From NCBI GenBank assembly GCA_014190575.1, contig BJGQ01000015.1, positions 9 through 64,008 of the forward strand: 64,000 nt of DNA, read 5' to 3'. Of this stretch, positions 1-9,947 are shown in pieces. The DNA comes from Bacteroidota bacterium. Lineage in GTDB: Bacteria > Bacteroidota > Bacteroidia > Chitinophagales > UBA10324. The first letter of the stretch is position 1; each line of letters starts with the position of its first letter. Below the pieces are notes generated by a model. That model had not been told where the DNA came from and searched no databases. It saw nothing but the letters and a program-made list of their open reading frames with translations. Position numbers and translations under genes: made by a program.

Positions 1-201
1 TGATTTTTCGAAGTTCGTAATGCAGCTTCTCAGGTAAAATCTGCAAGGAACTGAAGGCACTAAATCGCTCTGCGATTAAGCAGCCATTCTGTAAGAAGTG
101 TTGCCAATTATGGCGTTGAAGGATAGATATTAAAGAGCTTGCCCCACAATGCTCTACATGCTTACATACAAAGAACGATGCTGTCAATTCCTGTCAGCCC
201 C
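1..201 (-). ncRNA. ssrA: tmRNA (5' portion; 3' end lies outside the window)
   Basis: Minus strand begins GGGGCTGACAGGAATTGACAGC, a typical tmRNA 5' tRNA-like end. Internal tag frame GGC AAC ACT TCT TAC AGA ATG GCT GCT TAA (105..76) = GNTSYRMAA*, preceded by ATAATT and followed by the hairpin TAATCGC-AGA-GCGATTT. Confidence 0.93.
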
Positions 202-216
202 AGGTTTAATGGAAAG

Positions 217-224
217 CAAAAGTA
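217..224 (-). promoter_or_regulatory. Bacteroidota -7 promoter element for ssrA
   Basis: TACTTTTG on the minus strand 15 nt upstream of the mature tmRNA 5' end; matches TAnnTTTG. Confidence 0.6.
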
Positions 225-318
225 GGTGTAATAAGTTCCACTCTGATGCTGAAAAAAATATTTGCCGATTACATTTGCGGCACTTTAGGATAAAATCTGA
301 AAAGAAAAAAATAGTTTG

Positions 319-1512
319 ATGAAAATTGCATTGATAAGAGAAGGAAAAATTCCGGTTGATACACGAGTTGCATTTTCACCCGAGCAATGTGTTTGGCTCA
401 TGAATAAATATCCTGAATTGCAAATTGTAGTTCAGCCATCATCGTTTCGTTGTTTTAAAGATGAAGAATATTCCAGTGAAGGAATTGTTTTACAGGAAGA
501 TATTTCTGATGCTGATGTGTTGATGGGAATAAAAGAAGTTCCGAAAGAGCAATTGATTCCAGAAAAAAAATATTTATTCTTTTCGCACACTATAAAAAAA
601 CAACCACACAATCAGGAATTATTAAAAACTATATTGAAGAAAAAAATTCAGTTGATAGATTATGAATGCCTGGTTTGGGAAAATGGTGAGCGCATTCTTG
701 GTTTCGGATTTTTTGCCGGAATAGTTGGAACACACAATGGGTTTTTAACTTATGGAAATCGGTATAAACTTTTTGATTTGAAACCTGCATATAAGTGTGC
801 TGATTATGATGAAATGCTGGAGCAATACAAACACATAAAAATTCCACCAATAAAAATTGCAGTAACCGGAACAGGAAGAGTGGCGCGTGGCGTATTTGAA
901 ATTTTAGAAAAACTGAATATCAGAATTGTGAGTGTTCAGAATTACCTGACAAAAACTTTTGATGAACCTGTATTTGTAGTTTTAAATACTTCGCAATTGC
1001 ATGAACGAAAGGATGGAAAAACTTTTAACCGCGAAGATTTTCATAAGCACCCTGAGCAATATGAATCAGCATTTCTTCCGTTTGCTAAAGTCACCAACTT
1101 ATTCATTAATGCAATTTACTGGAGTCCGAAAGCTCCGCAGTTTTTTTCAAAAGCGGATATGCACTCACCTGATTTTAAAATAAAAGTGATTGCCGATATT
1201 ACATGCGATGTAAATGGTTCGGTGCCATCAACTATTCGTGATACTAGTATCGAAAATCCGGTTTTTGGTTACAACCCTAATACTGAAACCGAAGAAACTC
1301 CATACCAACCGCAAGGAATTGATATAATGGCGGTAAGTAATTTGCCAAATGAATTACCTCGCGAATCATCATGTGAATTCGGGGACAAGTTGATTGAATA
1401 TGTGATGGAAGAATTAATAGAACACGAAAGCAATATTATTGAACGGGCAACCATTGCTAAGAATGGTAAACTCACATCTAAGTTTGAATACCTGAATGAT
1501 TATGTTTTGTAA
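319..1512 (+). CDS. saccharopine dehydrogenase/alanine dehydrogenase-PNT family NAD(P)-dependent oxidoreductase
   Basis: KIALIREGK..D.RV N-terminus, FFSHTIKKQPHN, GTGRVARG, ADITCD, SNLPNELPRESS motifs; TACATTTG -7 element at 270-277; ATG 319 chosen over TTG 316. Confidence 0.8.
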   Translation: MKIALIREGKIPVDTRVAFSPEQCVWLMNKYPELQIVVQPSSFRCFKDEEYSSEGIVLQEDISDADVLMGIKEVPKEQLIPEKKYLFFSHTIKKQPHNQELLKTILKKKIQLIDYECLVWENGERILGFGFFAGIVGTHNGFLTYGNRYKLFDLKPAYKCADYDEMLEQYKHIKIPPIKIAVTGTGRVARGVFEILEKLNIRIVSVQNYLTKTFDEPVFVVLNTSQLHERKDGKTFNREDFHKHPEQYESAFLPFAKVTNLFINAIYWSPKAPQFFSKADMHSPDFKIKVIADITCDVNGSVPSTIRDTSIENPVFGYNPNTETEETPYQPQGIDIMAVSNLPNELPRESSCEFGDKLIEYVMEELIEHESNIIERATIAKNGKLTSKFEYLNDYVL

Positions 1513-1525
1513 ACAGAAATAGAAT

Positions 1526-2755
1526 TTACACTCCGGCTTTCAATTCACTTATCAAAACAGTTTTGCCGGGATAAACTTTTAATGCTTCATCCAAACAATT
1601 AATTGCATTTTGCAAATCAGTTTTATTGAGAACATAAGCAATACGAACTTCTTGTTTTCCTTTTCCAGAAGTAGAATAAAATCCGGTTGCAGGTGCGAGC
1701 ATTACAGTTTCATTGTTATATGAAAAAGATTCCAACAACCATTGACAAAATTTATCGGCATCATCAATTGGTAATTTGGCAATGGTGTAAAATGCGCCGC
1801 CAGGTTTGGGACAAGTAATTCCTTCAATTTTATTCAATCCATCAACTAATAAATTTCTGCGGCTGATATATTCTTTGTTGATGGCTTCAAAATAATTGTC
1901 TGCAACTTTCAGTGCTGCTTCCGATGCAACTTGTCCAAATGTTGGTGGAGATAATCTTGCTTGAGCAAATTTCAGCATCGCGTTCATCAACTCTGCATTC
2001 CGCGTTATCACACAGCCAATACGAGCGCCACACATACTGAATCTTTTTGAAACAGAATCAACAACTACCACATTCTTATCCAATCCATCTAAATTTAAAA
2101 CAGAAAAATGTTGTTTTCCATCATAACAAAAATCGCGATACACCTCGTCCACAAACAAAAACAAATCGTGCTTTATCACTAAGTCTTTCAACTCTTTCAA
2201 TTCTTCTTCTGAATATAAATATCCTGTTGGGTTATTCGGATTACAGATTAAAATTGCTTTTGTTTTTGCAGAAATTCTTTTCTCAAATTCAGAAATAGCA
2301 GGCAAGGCAAAACCTGTTTCAATCAAGGCTGTAACCGGAATAATTTTAATATCGGTCGCACATGCAAAGCCATTGTAATTTGCATAAAATGGTTCAGGGA
2401 TAATTATTTCGTCTCCGGGATTCATGCAACTCATCATGGCAAACGAAAGTGCTTCACTTCCACCAGTTGTAATCATCACCTGCGAATAATCAATATTGAT
2501 TTTATATTTTGATTTATAATTCTCCGTTAATTTTTTTCTGTACGATTCAATACCTGCACTGTGACTGTATTCCAAAACTTTGAAATCAATATTCCGCATC
2601 GCTTCAAAAACTTCCTTAGGTGTTTCAATATCGGGCTGCCCAATGTTTAAGTGATAAACTTTTTTACCAAGTTTTTTAGCAGCTTCAGCATAAGGAACCA
2701 ATTTACGAATAGGAGACGCGGGCATCATTTGCCCTTTATTAGAAATGATCGGCAT
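1526..2755 (-). CDS. PLP-dependent class I/II (aspartate) aminotransferase
   Basis: NIGQPD, CNPNNPTG, DEVY, DSVSKRFSMCGARIG (PLP-binding Lys). Confidence 0.9.
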   Translation of the reverse strand: MPIISNKGQMMPASPIRKLVPYAEAAKKLGKKVYHLNIGQPDIETPKEVFEAMRNIDFKVLEYSHSAGIESYRKKLTENYKSKYKINIDYSQVMITTGGSEALSFAMMSCMNPGDEIIIPEPFYANYNGFACATDIKIIPVTALIETGFALPAISEFEKRISAKTKAILICNPNNPTGYLYSEEELKELKDLVIKHDLFLFVDEVYRDFCYDGKQHFSVLNLDGLDKNVVVVDSVSKRFSMCGARIGCVITRNAELMNAMLKFAQARLSPPTFGQVASEAALKVADNYFEAINKEYISRRNLLVDGLNKIEGITCPKPGGAFYTIAKLPIDDADKFCQWLLESFSYNNETVMLAPATGFYSTSGKGKQEVRIAYVLNKTDLQNAINCLDEALKVYPGKTVLISELKAGV

Positions 2756-2854
2756 GGCGCAAAAGTAAATACAAGAGGTTAGGAATTAGTCTTAAGTAAT
2801 TGACAAAATTTTATTTTATATCTGCTTCTTTCAGGATGAGACATTCCATAAAAT

Positions 2855-2892
2855 AAAAAAACTCCATCAGATTAGCTGATGGAGTTTTTTTT
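2855..2892. terminator. intrinsic terminator (A and T tracts on both sides)
   Basis: AAAAAAACTCCATCAG-ATTAG-CTGATGGAGTTTTTTT just downstream of the DUF1573 gene. Confidence 0.85.
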
Positions 2893-2912
2893 ATTGAAAG
2901 ATTTTTAAGTTA

Positions 2913-3416
2913 TTACTTAGGAGTAGTTTGCATCATATTAGGTTGTTGCTCAGGAGTTGTTTGTTCAACTGGTGCTGCATCAACACTTCCTTTAATGTAT
3001 AAAACCTTTGTTGGCGATTTAGCATTAGAAGTAACAGTAATTGATTTGTTAAAACTACCAGCGTGAGCTGCATTGTAGGTAACAGAAATCATATCAGATT
3101 TACCAGGAAGAATTGGTTCTTTAGGCCATTTTGGGGAAGTGCAACCGCAAGAAGTCTGAACATTAGTAATTACGATTGGCTCTTTACCAGTGTTAGTGAA
3201 AGTAAAATCATGAGTTACAGGTTTGTTTTGTGGGATGTTGGTGAAGTCCCAAGTCTCTTCAGAAAATTTGAAATCACCTGCATTTGGATTATCAGGTGCT
3301 GTAACTGGAGCCGTTACATTTGTTGGAGTTGTTCCGGTTACCGGAGTTGTTGTTTGTGCAAATGAAACACCTGTTACAAAGGCAAGTGAAATCATGGTGG
3401 CGAAAATTCTTTTCAT
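2913..3416 (-). CDS. DUF1573 domain secreted protein
   Basis: signal peptide; F.FTNTGKEPIVI..V.TSCGCT.P.W...PILPG motif. Confidence 0.85.
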   Translation of the reverse strand: MKRIFATMISLAFVTGVSFAQTTTPVTGTTPTNVTAPVTAPDNPNAGDFKFSEETWDFTNIPQNKPVTHDFTFTNTGKEPIVITNVQTSCGCTSPKWPKEPILPGKSDMISVTYNAAHAGSFNKSITVTSNAKSPTKVLYIKGSVDAAPVEQTTPEQQPNMMQTTPK

Positions 3417-3496
3417 TTCTTGGATTTTTTTTTGAGAGTTTGAATTTATTTATTGGATTAAGAAATTTGCAATGATGATGCCAAAAGAAGTAAATA

Positions 3497-3958
3497 TTAA
3501 TGAGGATTTAAAGTATTTTTTGAGGAATCGAGATTTGTTGTAATAAATTTTTCATTTAATAATTCGCATTGAATGTAAATATCGAGTTGTGGAACTGTTG
3601 CATTTGAATAAATATGCAATGGTTTCATTATGTGTCCATATCCGATATTTGAAGTGAAAGTTGCCCAAACTGAACCTTCTTCACCGGGCATTACGGGTTC
3701 AGTTGTCCATTTTCTTGTTGTGCAACCACATCCTCTAACCACATCACTAATAACTAAAGGTTTGGTTCCGGTGTTTTTAAACTTGAATTCATGAGTTACA
3801 GATTCGCTTTGTTTTACATTTCCGAAATCATAAATCTTTTCTTTAAAAATTAAAACTGCACTATCGTTTTTTACAATTACAACTTGCGCAGAAGTTGAAA
3901 AATAGTTCAGAATAAAAATTCCAAAAAGAAGTATGTAAGAGAGGTAAAATTTTTTCAA
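3497..3958 (-). CDS. DUF1573 domain secreted protein (tandem paralog)
   Basis: YDFG.V, FKNTGTKPLVI, GCGCT, PVMPG; TTG start. Confidence 0.8.
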   Translation of the reverse strand: MKKFYLSYILLFGIFILNYFSTSAQVVIVKNDSAVLIFKEKIYDFGNVKQSESVTHEFKFKNTGTKPLVISDVVRGCGCTTRKWTTEPVMPGEEGSVWATFTSNIGYGHIMKPLHIYSNATVPQLDIYIQCELLNEKFITTNLDSSKNTLNPH

Positions 3959-4078
3959 GGTTGCTAATTTAATTCAAGCGCGCCTACAAAAGCAAACCTT
4001 TAGACAAAACATTTTCAAATACAGCAAAACATTTGTTTCGAACCAATCTTGTTTATTTTTGAAGCGATACCTAATCTT

Positions 4079-6502
4079 ATGAAGAAGCAATCAATTCAGG
4101 GCATAACAGAGAAAACATTATCGTTCAATGATTTCAGAAAAGAAATTCTTGCTGATTATAAACTAGCATCTTTAAGCAGGGAAGCAAGCTTAATGGGGCG
4201 AAAAGAAGTTTTAACTGGTAAAGCAAAATTTGGAATTTTCGGCGATGGAAAAGAAGTGGCGCAAATTGCAATGGCAAAGGTTTTTCAGAACGGTGATTTT
4301 CGTTCCGGTTATTATCGCGACCAGACTTTTGCATTAGCAACAGGTATTGCAACTCTCGAACAATTATTTTCACAGTTGTATGCCGATGATAATATTGAGC
4401 GCGAACCACACAGTGGTGGTCGCATGATGAATGCACATTTCGCAACAAGATTGATTGATAAAAACGGAGAATGGAATAATCATACTGAAACGAAAAACAC
4501 TTCTGCTGATGCTTCACCAACTGCATCACAAATGCCGCGAGCTTTAGGTTTAGCACTTGCCTCTAAAATGTATCGTGAATCAGCAGCTTTAAAAAATGAA
4601 AATCAGTTTTCGAATAATGGAAATGAAGTCACCTTCGCTACCATTGGAGATTCTTCAACATCTGAAGGTCATTTTTGGGAAACGCTAAATGCAGCCGGAG
4701 TTTTAAAAGTGCCTCTTGCAATTTCTGTTTGGGATGATGGATATGGAATTTCGGTTTCTCAGAAATATCAAACTACGAAAGAAAATATTTCTGAAATAGT
4801 AAGTGGTTTTCAAACTGATGAGAATGGAAATGGAATTGATATTTACACAGTCAACGGGTGGGATTATCCGGCACTGATGGAAACTTATACTAAGGCAATT
4901 TCAAAAACCCGCGCAACGCATATTCCTTGTTTGATTCATGTTAAAGAATTAACCCAACCTCAAGGGCATTCAACTTCCGGTTCACACGAACGATACAAAA
5001 CAAAGGAAAGATTAGAGTGGGAAAAGGATTTTGATTGCAACAAAAAAATGCGCGAGTGGATTATTAAAACAGCCATTGCCTCTTCGGACGAATTGGATGA
5101 AATTGAAAACGAATCGAAAATGGAAGTGCGTGAAGCAGCGCGCCGTGCATTAAAAGATTTTAATCAACCATTAAAAGAAGAGCGTGATGAGTTATCTGTA
5201 TTACTCGAAGAAGTTGCAGCGCAAAGCGAGTTCGCTGAAATTATTTTACAGAAAAAGGAAGAACTTGTTAAAATGCCTGATGCAATCAGAAAGGATGCAT
5301 TGATTACTGCAAGAGAAATTTTATTGTTAACGCGAAATGAAAATTCATCAGCGCGACAACAATTAGCAGACTGGAAAAATAATTACCTCGCTCGTTGTAA
5401 TCGCATTTACACTTCACAGTTAACAAGCGAATCAAAACATGCTGCTCTAAAAGTTGCCGAAATAAAGCCAGTGTATGATGAGAATGCAATTTATGTAAAC
5501 GGCTTTGAAGTGTTGAATGCATTTTTCGATTATGCTCTTTCAAATAATAATCAGTTGATTGCTTTTGGTGAAGATGTTGGTCGCATTGGTGATGTGAATC
5601 AGGGATTCGCTGGCTTGCAGGCAAAGCATGGTGAACATCGTGTGTTTGATACCGGCATTCGTGAAGCAACTATTATCGGACAAGGAATTGGTTTGGCCAT
5701 GCGTGGTATTCGCCCCATTGCTGAAATTCAATATTTGGATTACTTGCTTTATGCATTGCAACCATTGAGTGATGATTTAGCTACATTATTGTATCGTTCA
5801 GCCGGCGGACAAAAAGCACCGCTTATTATTCGTACACGCGGTCATCGTTTTGAAGGTATCTGGCACACCGGTTCTCCAATCGGAATGATTTTAAATTCTA
5901 TTCGTGGAATTAATTTTTGTGTTCCGCGCAACATGACTCAAGCCGCAGGATTTTATAACACACTTCTTCAATCAGATGAGCCTGCATTGGTTATTGAATG
6001 TTTGAATGGTTATCGCTTGAAAGAAAGATTGCCTTCGAACATTGGAAAATTTACAGTTCCACTCGGAGTTCCAGAAGTGATTAGAGGAGGTGATGATATC
6101 ACAATTGTAACTTACGGTTCATGTTGCCGCATTGCTGAAGAAGCCGCAGAGAAAGCTGAATCAGTTGGAATTTCAGTGGAGATTGTCGATGTGCAAACTT
6201 TATTGCCTTTTGATTTACAGCATGGAATTGTAGAGAGTATTAAGAAAACCAACCGAGTTATTTTTTTAGATGAAGATGTGCCCAGCGGTGCATCTGCATT
6301 TATGATGCAGAAAGTTTTAGAAGAACAAAACGCATCACAGCACCTGGATAGTTTTCCAAAAACAATTACTGCAAAGGAAAACCGCGGCGCTTATGCAAGT
6401 GATGGAAATTATTTCTGCAAACCAAATTCGGAAGATGTGTTTGAAACTGTGTATGCAATTATGAGAGAAAGCGACCCGAATAGTTTTCCAGAAATAGGAT
6501 AG
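4079..6502 (+). CDS. fused 2-oxoacid dehydrogenase E1 alpha/beta (transketolase-like, TPP-dependent)
   Basis: GKAKFGIFGDGKE, GDSSTSEG TPP motif, FGEDVG, DTGIREATIIGQ; ATG 4079 preferred. Confidence 0.88.
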   Translation: MKKQSIQGITEKTLSFNDFRKEILADYKLASLSREASLMGRKEVLTGKAKFGIFGDGKEVAQIAMAKVFQNGDFRSGYYRDQTFALATGIATLEQLFSQLYADDNIEREPHSGGRMMNAHFATRLIDKNGEWNNHTETKNTSADASPTASQMPRALGLALASKMYRESAALKNENQFSNNGNEVTFATIGDSSTSEGHFWETLNAAGVLKVPLAISVWDDGYGISVSQKYQTTKENISEIVSGFQTDENGNGIDIYTVNGWDYPALMETYTKAISKTRATHIPCLIHVKELTQPQGHSTSGSHERYKTKERLEWEKDFDCNKKMREWIIKTAIASSDELDEIENESKMEVREAARRALKDFNQPLKEERDELSVLLEEVAAQSEFAEIILQKKEELVKMPDAIRKDALITAREILLLTRNENSSARQQLADWKNNYLARCNRIYTSQLTSESKHAALKVAEIKPVYDENAIYVNGFEVLNAFFDYALSNNNQLIAFGEDVGRIGDVNQGFAGLQAKHGEHRVFDTGIREATIIGQGIGLAMRGIRPIAEIQYLDYLLYALQPLSDDLATLLYRSAGGQKAPLIIRTRGHRFEGIWHTGSPIGMILNSIRGINFCVPRNMTQAAGFYNTLLQSDEPALVIECLNGYRLKERLPSNIGKFTVPLGVPEVIRGGDDITIVTYGSCCRIAEEAAEKAESVGISVEIVDVQTLLPFDLQHGIVESIKKTNRVIFLDEDVPSGASAFMMQKVLEEQNASQHLDSFPKTITAKENRGAYASDGNYFCKPNSEDVFETVYAIMRESDPNSFPEIG

Positions 6503-6589
6503 ATCCTTTTTATTTAAATAAAATTTTCTAATAGATGTAGGATTATTCATCATTGAACTCCTCTAGCAAAACATATATTTGCCGCCCTT

Positions 6590-8380
6590 ATGAAAAACAT
6601 CCGCAACTTTTGCATTATCGCCCACATTGATCATGGGAAAAGTACGCTTGCCGACCGATTGCTTGAAGTGACAAAAACCATTACCGCCCGACAGATGATG
6701 AATCAAGTGCTTGACGATATGGATTTGGAAAGAGAGAAAGGAATTACTATAAAAAGTCACGCCATTCAAATGAAGTATCATCAGGATGGTGAAGATTATA
6801 TCTTGAATTTGATTGATACGCCTGGTCATGTTGATTTCAGTTACGAAGTTTCACGCGCCATTGCATCATGCGAAGGAGCCTTGTTGTTGGTTGATGCATC
6901 ACAGGGAATACAGGCCCAAACTATTTCAAATCTTTATTTGGCAATTGATAACAACCTTGAAATAATTCCGGTTGTAAATAAGATTGACATGGAAGGGGCT
7001 ATGGTGGAAGAAACCATGGACCAGATTGTTGACCTTGTTGGCTGCAAGCGCGAAGACATTATGCTCGCCAGCGGAAAAACAGGGAAAGGTGTTGATGAAA
7101 TTCTTCGTGCAATAATTGCTCGTATTCCGGCTCCCAGTGGAAAAGAAGATGCACCGTTGCAAGCATTAATTTTTGATTCGGTATTTAATTCTTTTCGTGG
7201 AATCATTGCGTACTTCAGAGTATTCAATGGCGAGATAAAAAAAGGAGATAAAATAAAATTCTTCAATACCGGTCAGGATTATATTGCAGAAGAAGTGGGA
7301 GTGTTATTATTGGAAAAATCACCGCGTGAGATCATTAAAACAGGTGATGTGGGTTATGTGATTACCGGAATCAAGGAATCGAAAGAAATAAAAGTTGGTG
7401 ATACCATTACATTGTCTGCTCGACCAACAGATGAAGTAATAAAGGGTTTTGAAGAAGTAAAGCCAATGGTCTTCGCCGGAATTTATCCGATTGACACAGA
7501 TGATTATGAAGACATGCGCGATGCACTCGATCGATTAAAACTAAATGATGCATCACTTACTTACGAACCCGAATCTTCAGTTGCTCTTGGATTTGGTTTT
7601 CGTTGCGGTTTTCTGGGCATGCTGCATTTAGAAATTATTCAGGAGCGATTGGATCGCGAGTTCAATATGAATGTGATTACCACAGTTCCCAATGTAAGTT
7701 TCTTCGCATACACTACTCGTGGTGAAAAATTAATGATAAATAATCCAACCGACTTTCCTGATCCTACTATGATTGATCATGTGGAAGAGCCATGGATCAA
7801 AGCAACTACTATTTGCAAACCGGAATATATCGGTGCTATCATCAACTTATGTATTTACAAACGCGGAATTTTTAAAGGGCAAACTTATCTCACTCCTTCA
7901 AGGGTAGAATTGGCTTTCGAATTACCATTGACCGAAATTGTTTTTGATTTTTACGATAAACTAAAATCAATTACTCGTGGATATGCAAGTTTCGATTATC
8001 ATCCGCTGGACTTTCGTGAAAGTGATTTAGTGAAACTGGATATAAAATTAAATGGCGAAAATGTGGATGCACTTTCTGCATTGATACATCGCGTGCGTGC
8101 CGAAGAGTTCGGTCGGAAAATTTGTGTGAAGCTGAAAGAACTTTTACCACGACAACAATTCGTGATTGCTATTCAAGCTGCAATCGGACAAAAAATAGTT
8201 GCCCGCGAAACCATCAGCGCATTGCGAAAGGATGTAACAGCAAAATGTTATGGAGGTGACATTTCACGAAAAAGAAAACTGTTAGAAAAACAAAAAGAAG
8301 GAAAGAAAAGAATGAAGCAAGTAGGAAATGTGGAGATACCACAATCAGCCTTCCTCGCTGTTTTGAAAATTGATGATTGA
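6590..8380 (+). CDS. lepA: elongation factor 4
   Basis: [47 protein letters not shown]. Confidence 0.98.
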   Translation: MKNIRNFCIIAHIDHGKSTLADRLLEVTKTITARQMMNQVLDDMDLEREKGITIKSHAIQMKYHQDGEDYILNLIDTPGHVDFSYEVSRAIASCEGALLLVDASQGIQAQTISNLYLAIDNNLEIIPVVNKIDMEGAMVEETMDQIVDLVGCKREDIMLASGKTGKGVDEILRAIIARIPAPSGKEDAPLQALIFDSVFNSFRGIIAYFRVFNGEIKKGDKIKFFNTGQDYIAEEVGVLLLEKSPREIIKTGDVGYVITGIKESKEIKVGDTITLSARPTDEVIKGFEEVKPMVFAGIYPIDTDDYEDMRDALDRLKLNDASLTYEPESSVALGFGFRCGFLGMLHLEIIQERLDREFNMNVITTVPNVSFFAYTTRGEKLMINNPTDFPDPTMIDHVEEPWIKATTICKPEYIGAIINLCIYKRGIFKGQTYLTPSRVELAFELPLTEIVFDFYDKLKSITRGYASFDYHPLDFRESDLVKLDIKLNGENVDALSALIHRVRAEEFGRKICVKLKELLPRQQFVIAIQAAIGQKIVARETISALRKDVTAKCYGGDISRKRKLLEKQKEGKKRMKQVGNVEIPQSAFLAVLKIDD

Positions 8381-8395
8381 TTTAACAATTTGAAT

Positions 8396-9277
8396 ATGGA
8401 ATTACTCGATGGTAAAAAAGTATCTCAGGAAATAATTGAAGAGTTGAGATTGGAAATTCTGCAAAGAATTTCTGAGCATAAAAAAATTCCACACCTCGCT
8501 GCAGTGCTTGTCGGGCATGATGGTGGCTCTGAAACTTATGTAGCAAGTAAAGTAAAACATTGCGAAAAAATCGGATTCAAATCAACACTTATTCGTTTTG
8601 AAGATTCGGTGAGTGAAGAAATTTTATTGAAGGAAGTTCAACGATTGAACGAAGATGATGATGTGGATGGAATATTAGTGCAGCTTCCGATTCCAAAGCA
8701 CATTGATGTAGAAAAAATAACCGAAGCCATTTCTCCGGTAAAAGATGTGGATGGCTTTCATCCTGTAAACATAGGCAGAATGGTGAAGGGATTGCCCGCG
8801 CATGTAGCTGCTACTCCTTATGGAATCTGGTTAATGTTGCAACGATATAAAATTAATACAGCAGGAATGCATTGCGTGGTGATTGGAAGAAGTGACATTG
8901 TAGGAAAACCAATAAGTCTGTTGATGGCACAAAACACACAACCTGGAAATGCAACTGTTACTATTTGTCATAGTCGCACCAAGGATTTAAAAGCAATGAC
9001 TTTGCAGGCCGACATATTAATTGCTGCACTCGGCAAAGCTGAATTTGTTAAAGCCGATATGGTAAAGGATGGAGCAATCGTTATTGATGTTGGAATCACT
9101 CGCTTGCCTGATGCAACAAAAAAATCCGGATATAAAATTGTGGGTGATGTGGCTTTCAATGAGGTTGCACCAAAGTGTTGTTACATTACACCTGTTCCGG
9201 GTGGAGTTGGATTAATGACCATTGCTTCGTTGATGATGAACACAATGAATGCGTGTAAAATGAGAACAGGTAACTGA
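8396..9277 (+). CDS. folD: methylenetetrahydrofolate dehydrogenase/cyclohydrolase
   Basis: [34 protein letters not shown]. Confidence 0.96.
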   Translation: MELLDGKKVSQEIIEELRLEILQRISEHKKIPHLAAVLVGHDGGSETYVASKVKHCEKIGFKSTLIRFEDSVSEEILLKEVQRLNEDDDVDGILVQLPIPKHIDVEKITEAISPVKDVDGFHPVNIGRMVKGLPAHVAATPYGIWLMLQRYKINTAGMHCVVIGRSDIVGKPISLLMAQNTQPGNATVTICHSRTKDLKAMTLQADILIAALGKAEFVKADMVKDGAIVIDVGITRLPDATKKSGYKIVGDVAFNEVAPKCCYITPVPGGVGLMTIASLMMNTMNACKMRTGN

Positions 9278-9326
9278 TTTGGTGATTTGATATTGAAGTT
9301 TCAACTGTTGCCGTGAAAAATTCCTG

Positions 9327-9947
9327 ATGAATAAAATTCAAAGCCTATTTGATTTACTTCCTGTAATGGAACAATTTTACTCCATACAAGGAGAAGGATT
9401 TTTTCAAGGACATGCTGCTTTGTTCATACGGCTAGGCGGATGTGATGTTGGATGTGTGTGGTGCGATGTAAAGGATAGTTGGGATGCAGATGCACATAAA
9501 AAATTTTCGGTTGAAGAAATTGTTGCAACCACAAATCAATCTCCATCTGTTCTCGTTGTTATTACCGGCGGTGAGCCATTGATGCACAATTTAGAAGCAC
9601 TTACATCGCAATTAAAATCAGCAGGTAAAAAAACAAATCTTGAAACTTCCGGAACTCATCCGCTCAGCGGCCAATGGGATTGGATTTGTTTTTCACCTAA
9701 AAAATTTAAGGAGCCAATATCAGAAATTTATAATGTGGCAAACGAATTGAAGGTTATTGTTTTCAATCAAAGTGATTTTGAGTTTGCAGTAAAACATGCT
9801 CAACTAGTATCAACCAATTGCAAACTCTATTTACAACCTGAGTGGAGCAATGCGGAAAAAATGACACCTTTAGTTATTGACTTTGTTAAGCGCAATCCCC
9901 AATGGGAAATTTCGTTACAGATTCATAAATACATGAACATAGACTGA
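9327..9947 (+). CDS. queE: 7-carboxy-7-deazaguanine synthase (radical SAM)
   Basis: FYSIQGEG, FIRLGGCDVGCVWCD (CX3CX2C), ITGGEP, SLQIHK. Confidence 0.93.
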   Translation: MNKIQSLFDLLPVMEQFYSIQGEGFFQGHAALFIRLGGCDVGCVWCDVKDSWDADAHKKFSVEEIVATTNQSPSVLVVITGGEPLMHNLEALTSQLKSAGKKTNLETSGTHPLSGQWDWICFSPKKFKEPISEIYNVANELKVIVFNQSDFEFAVKHAQLVSTNCKLYLQPEWSNAEKMTPLVIDFVKRNPQWEISLQIHKYMNID

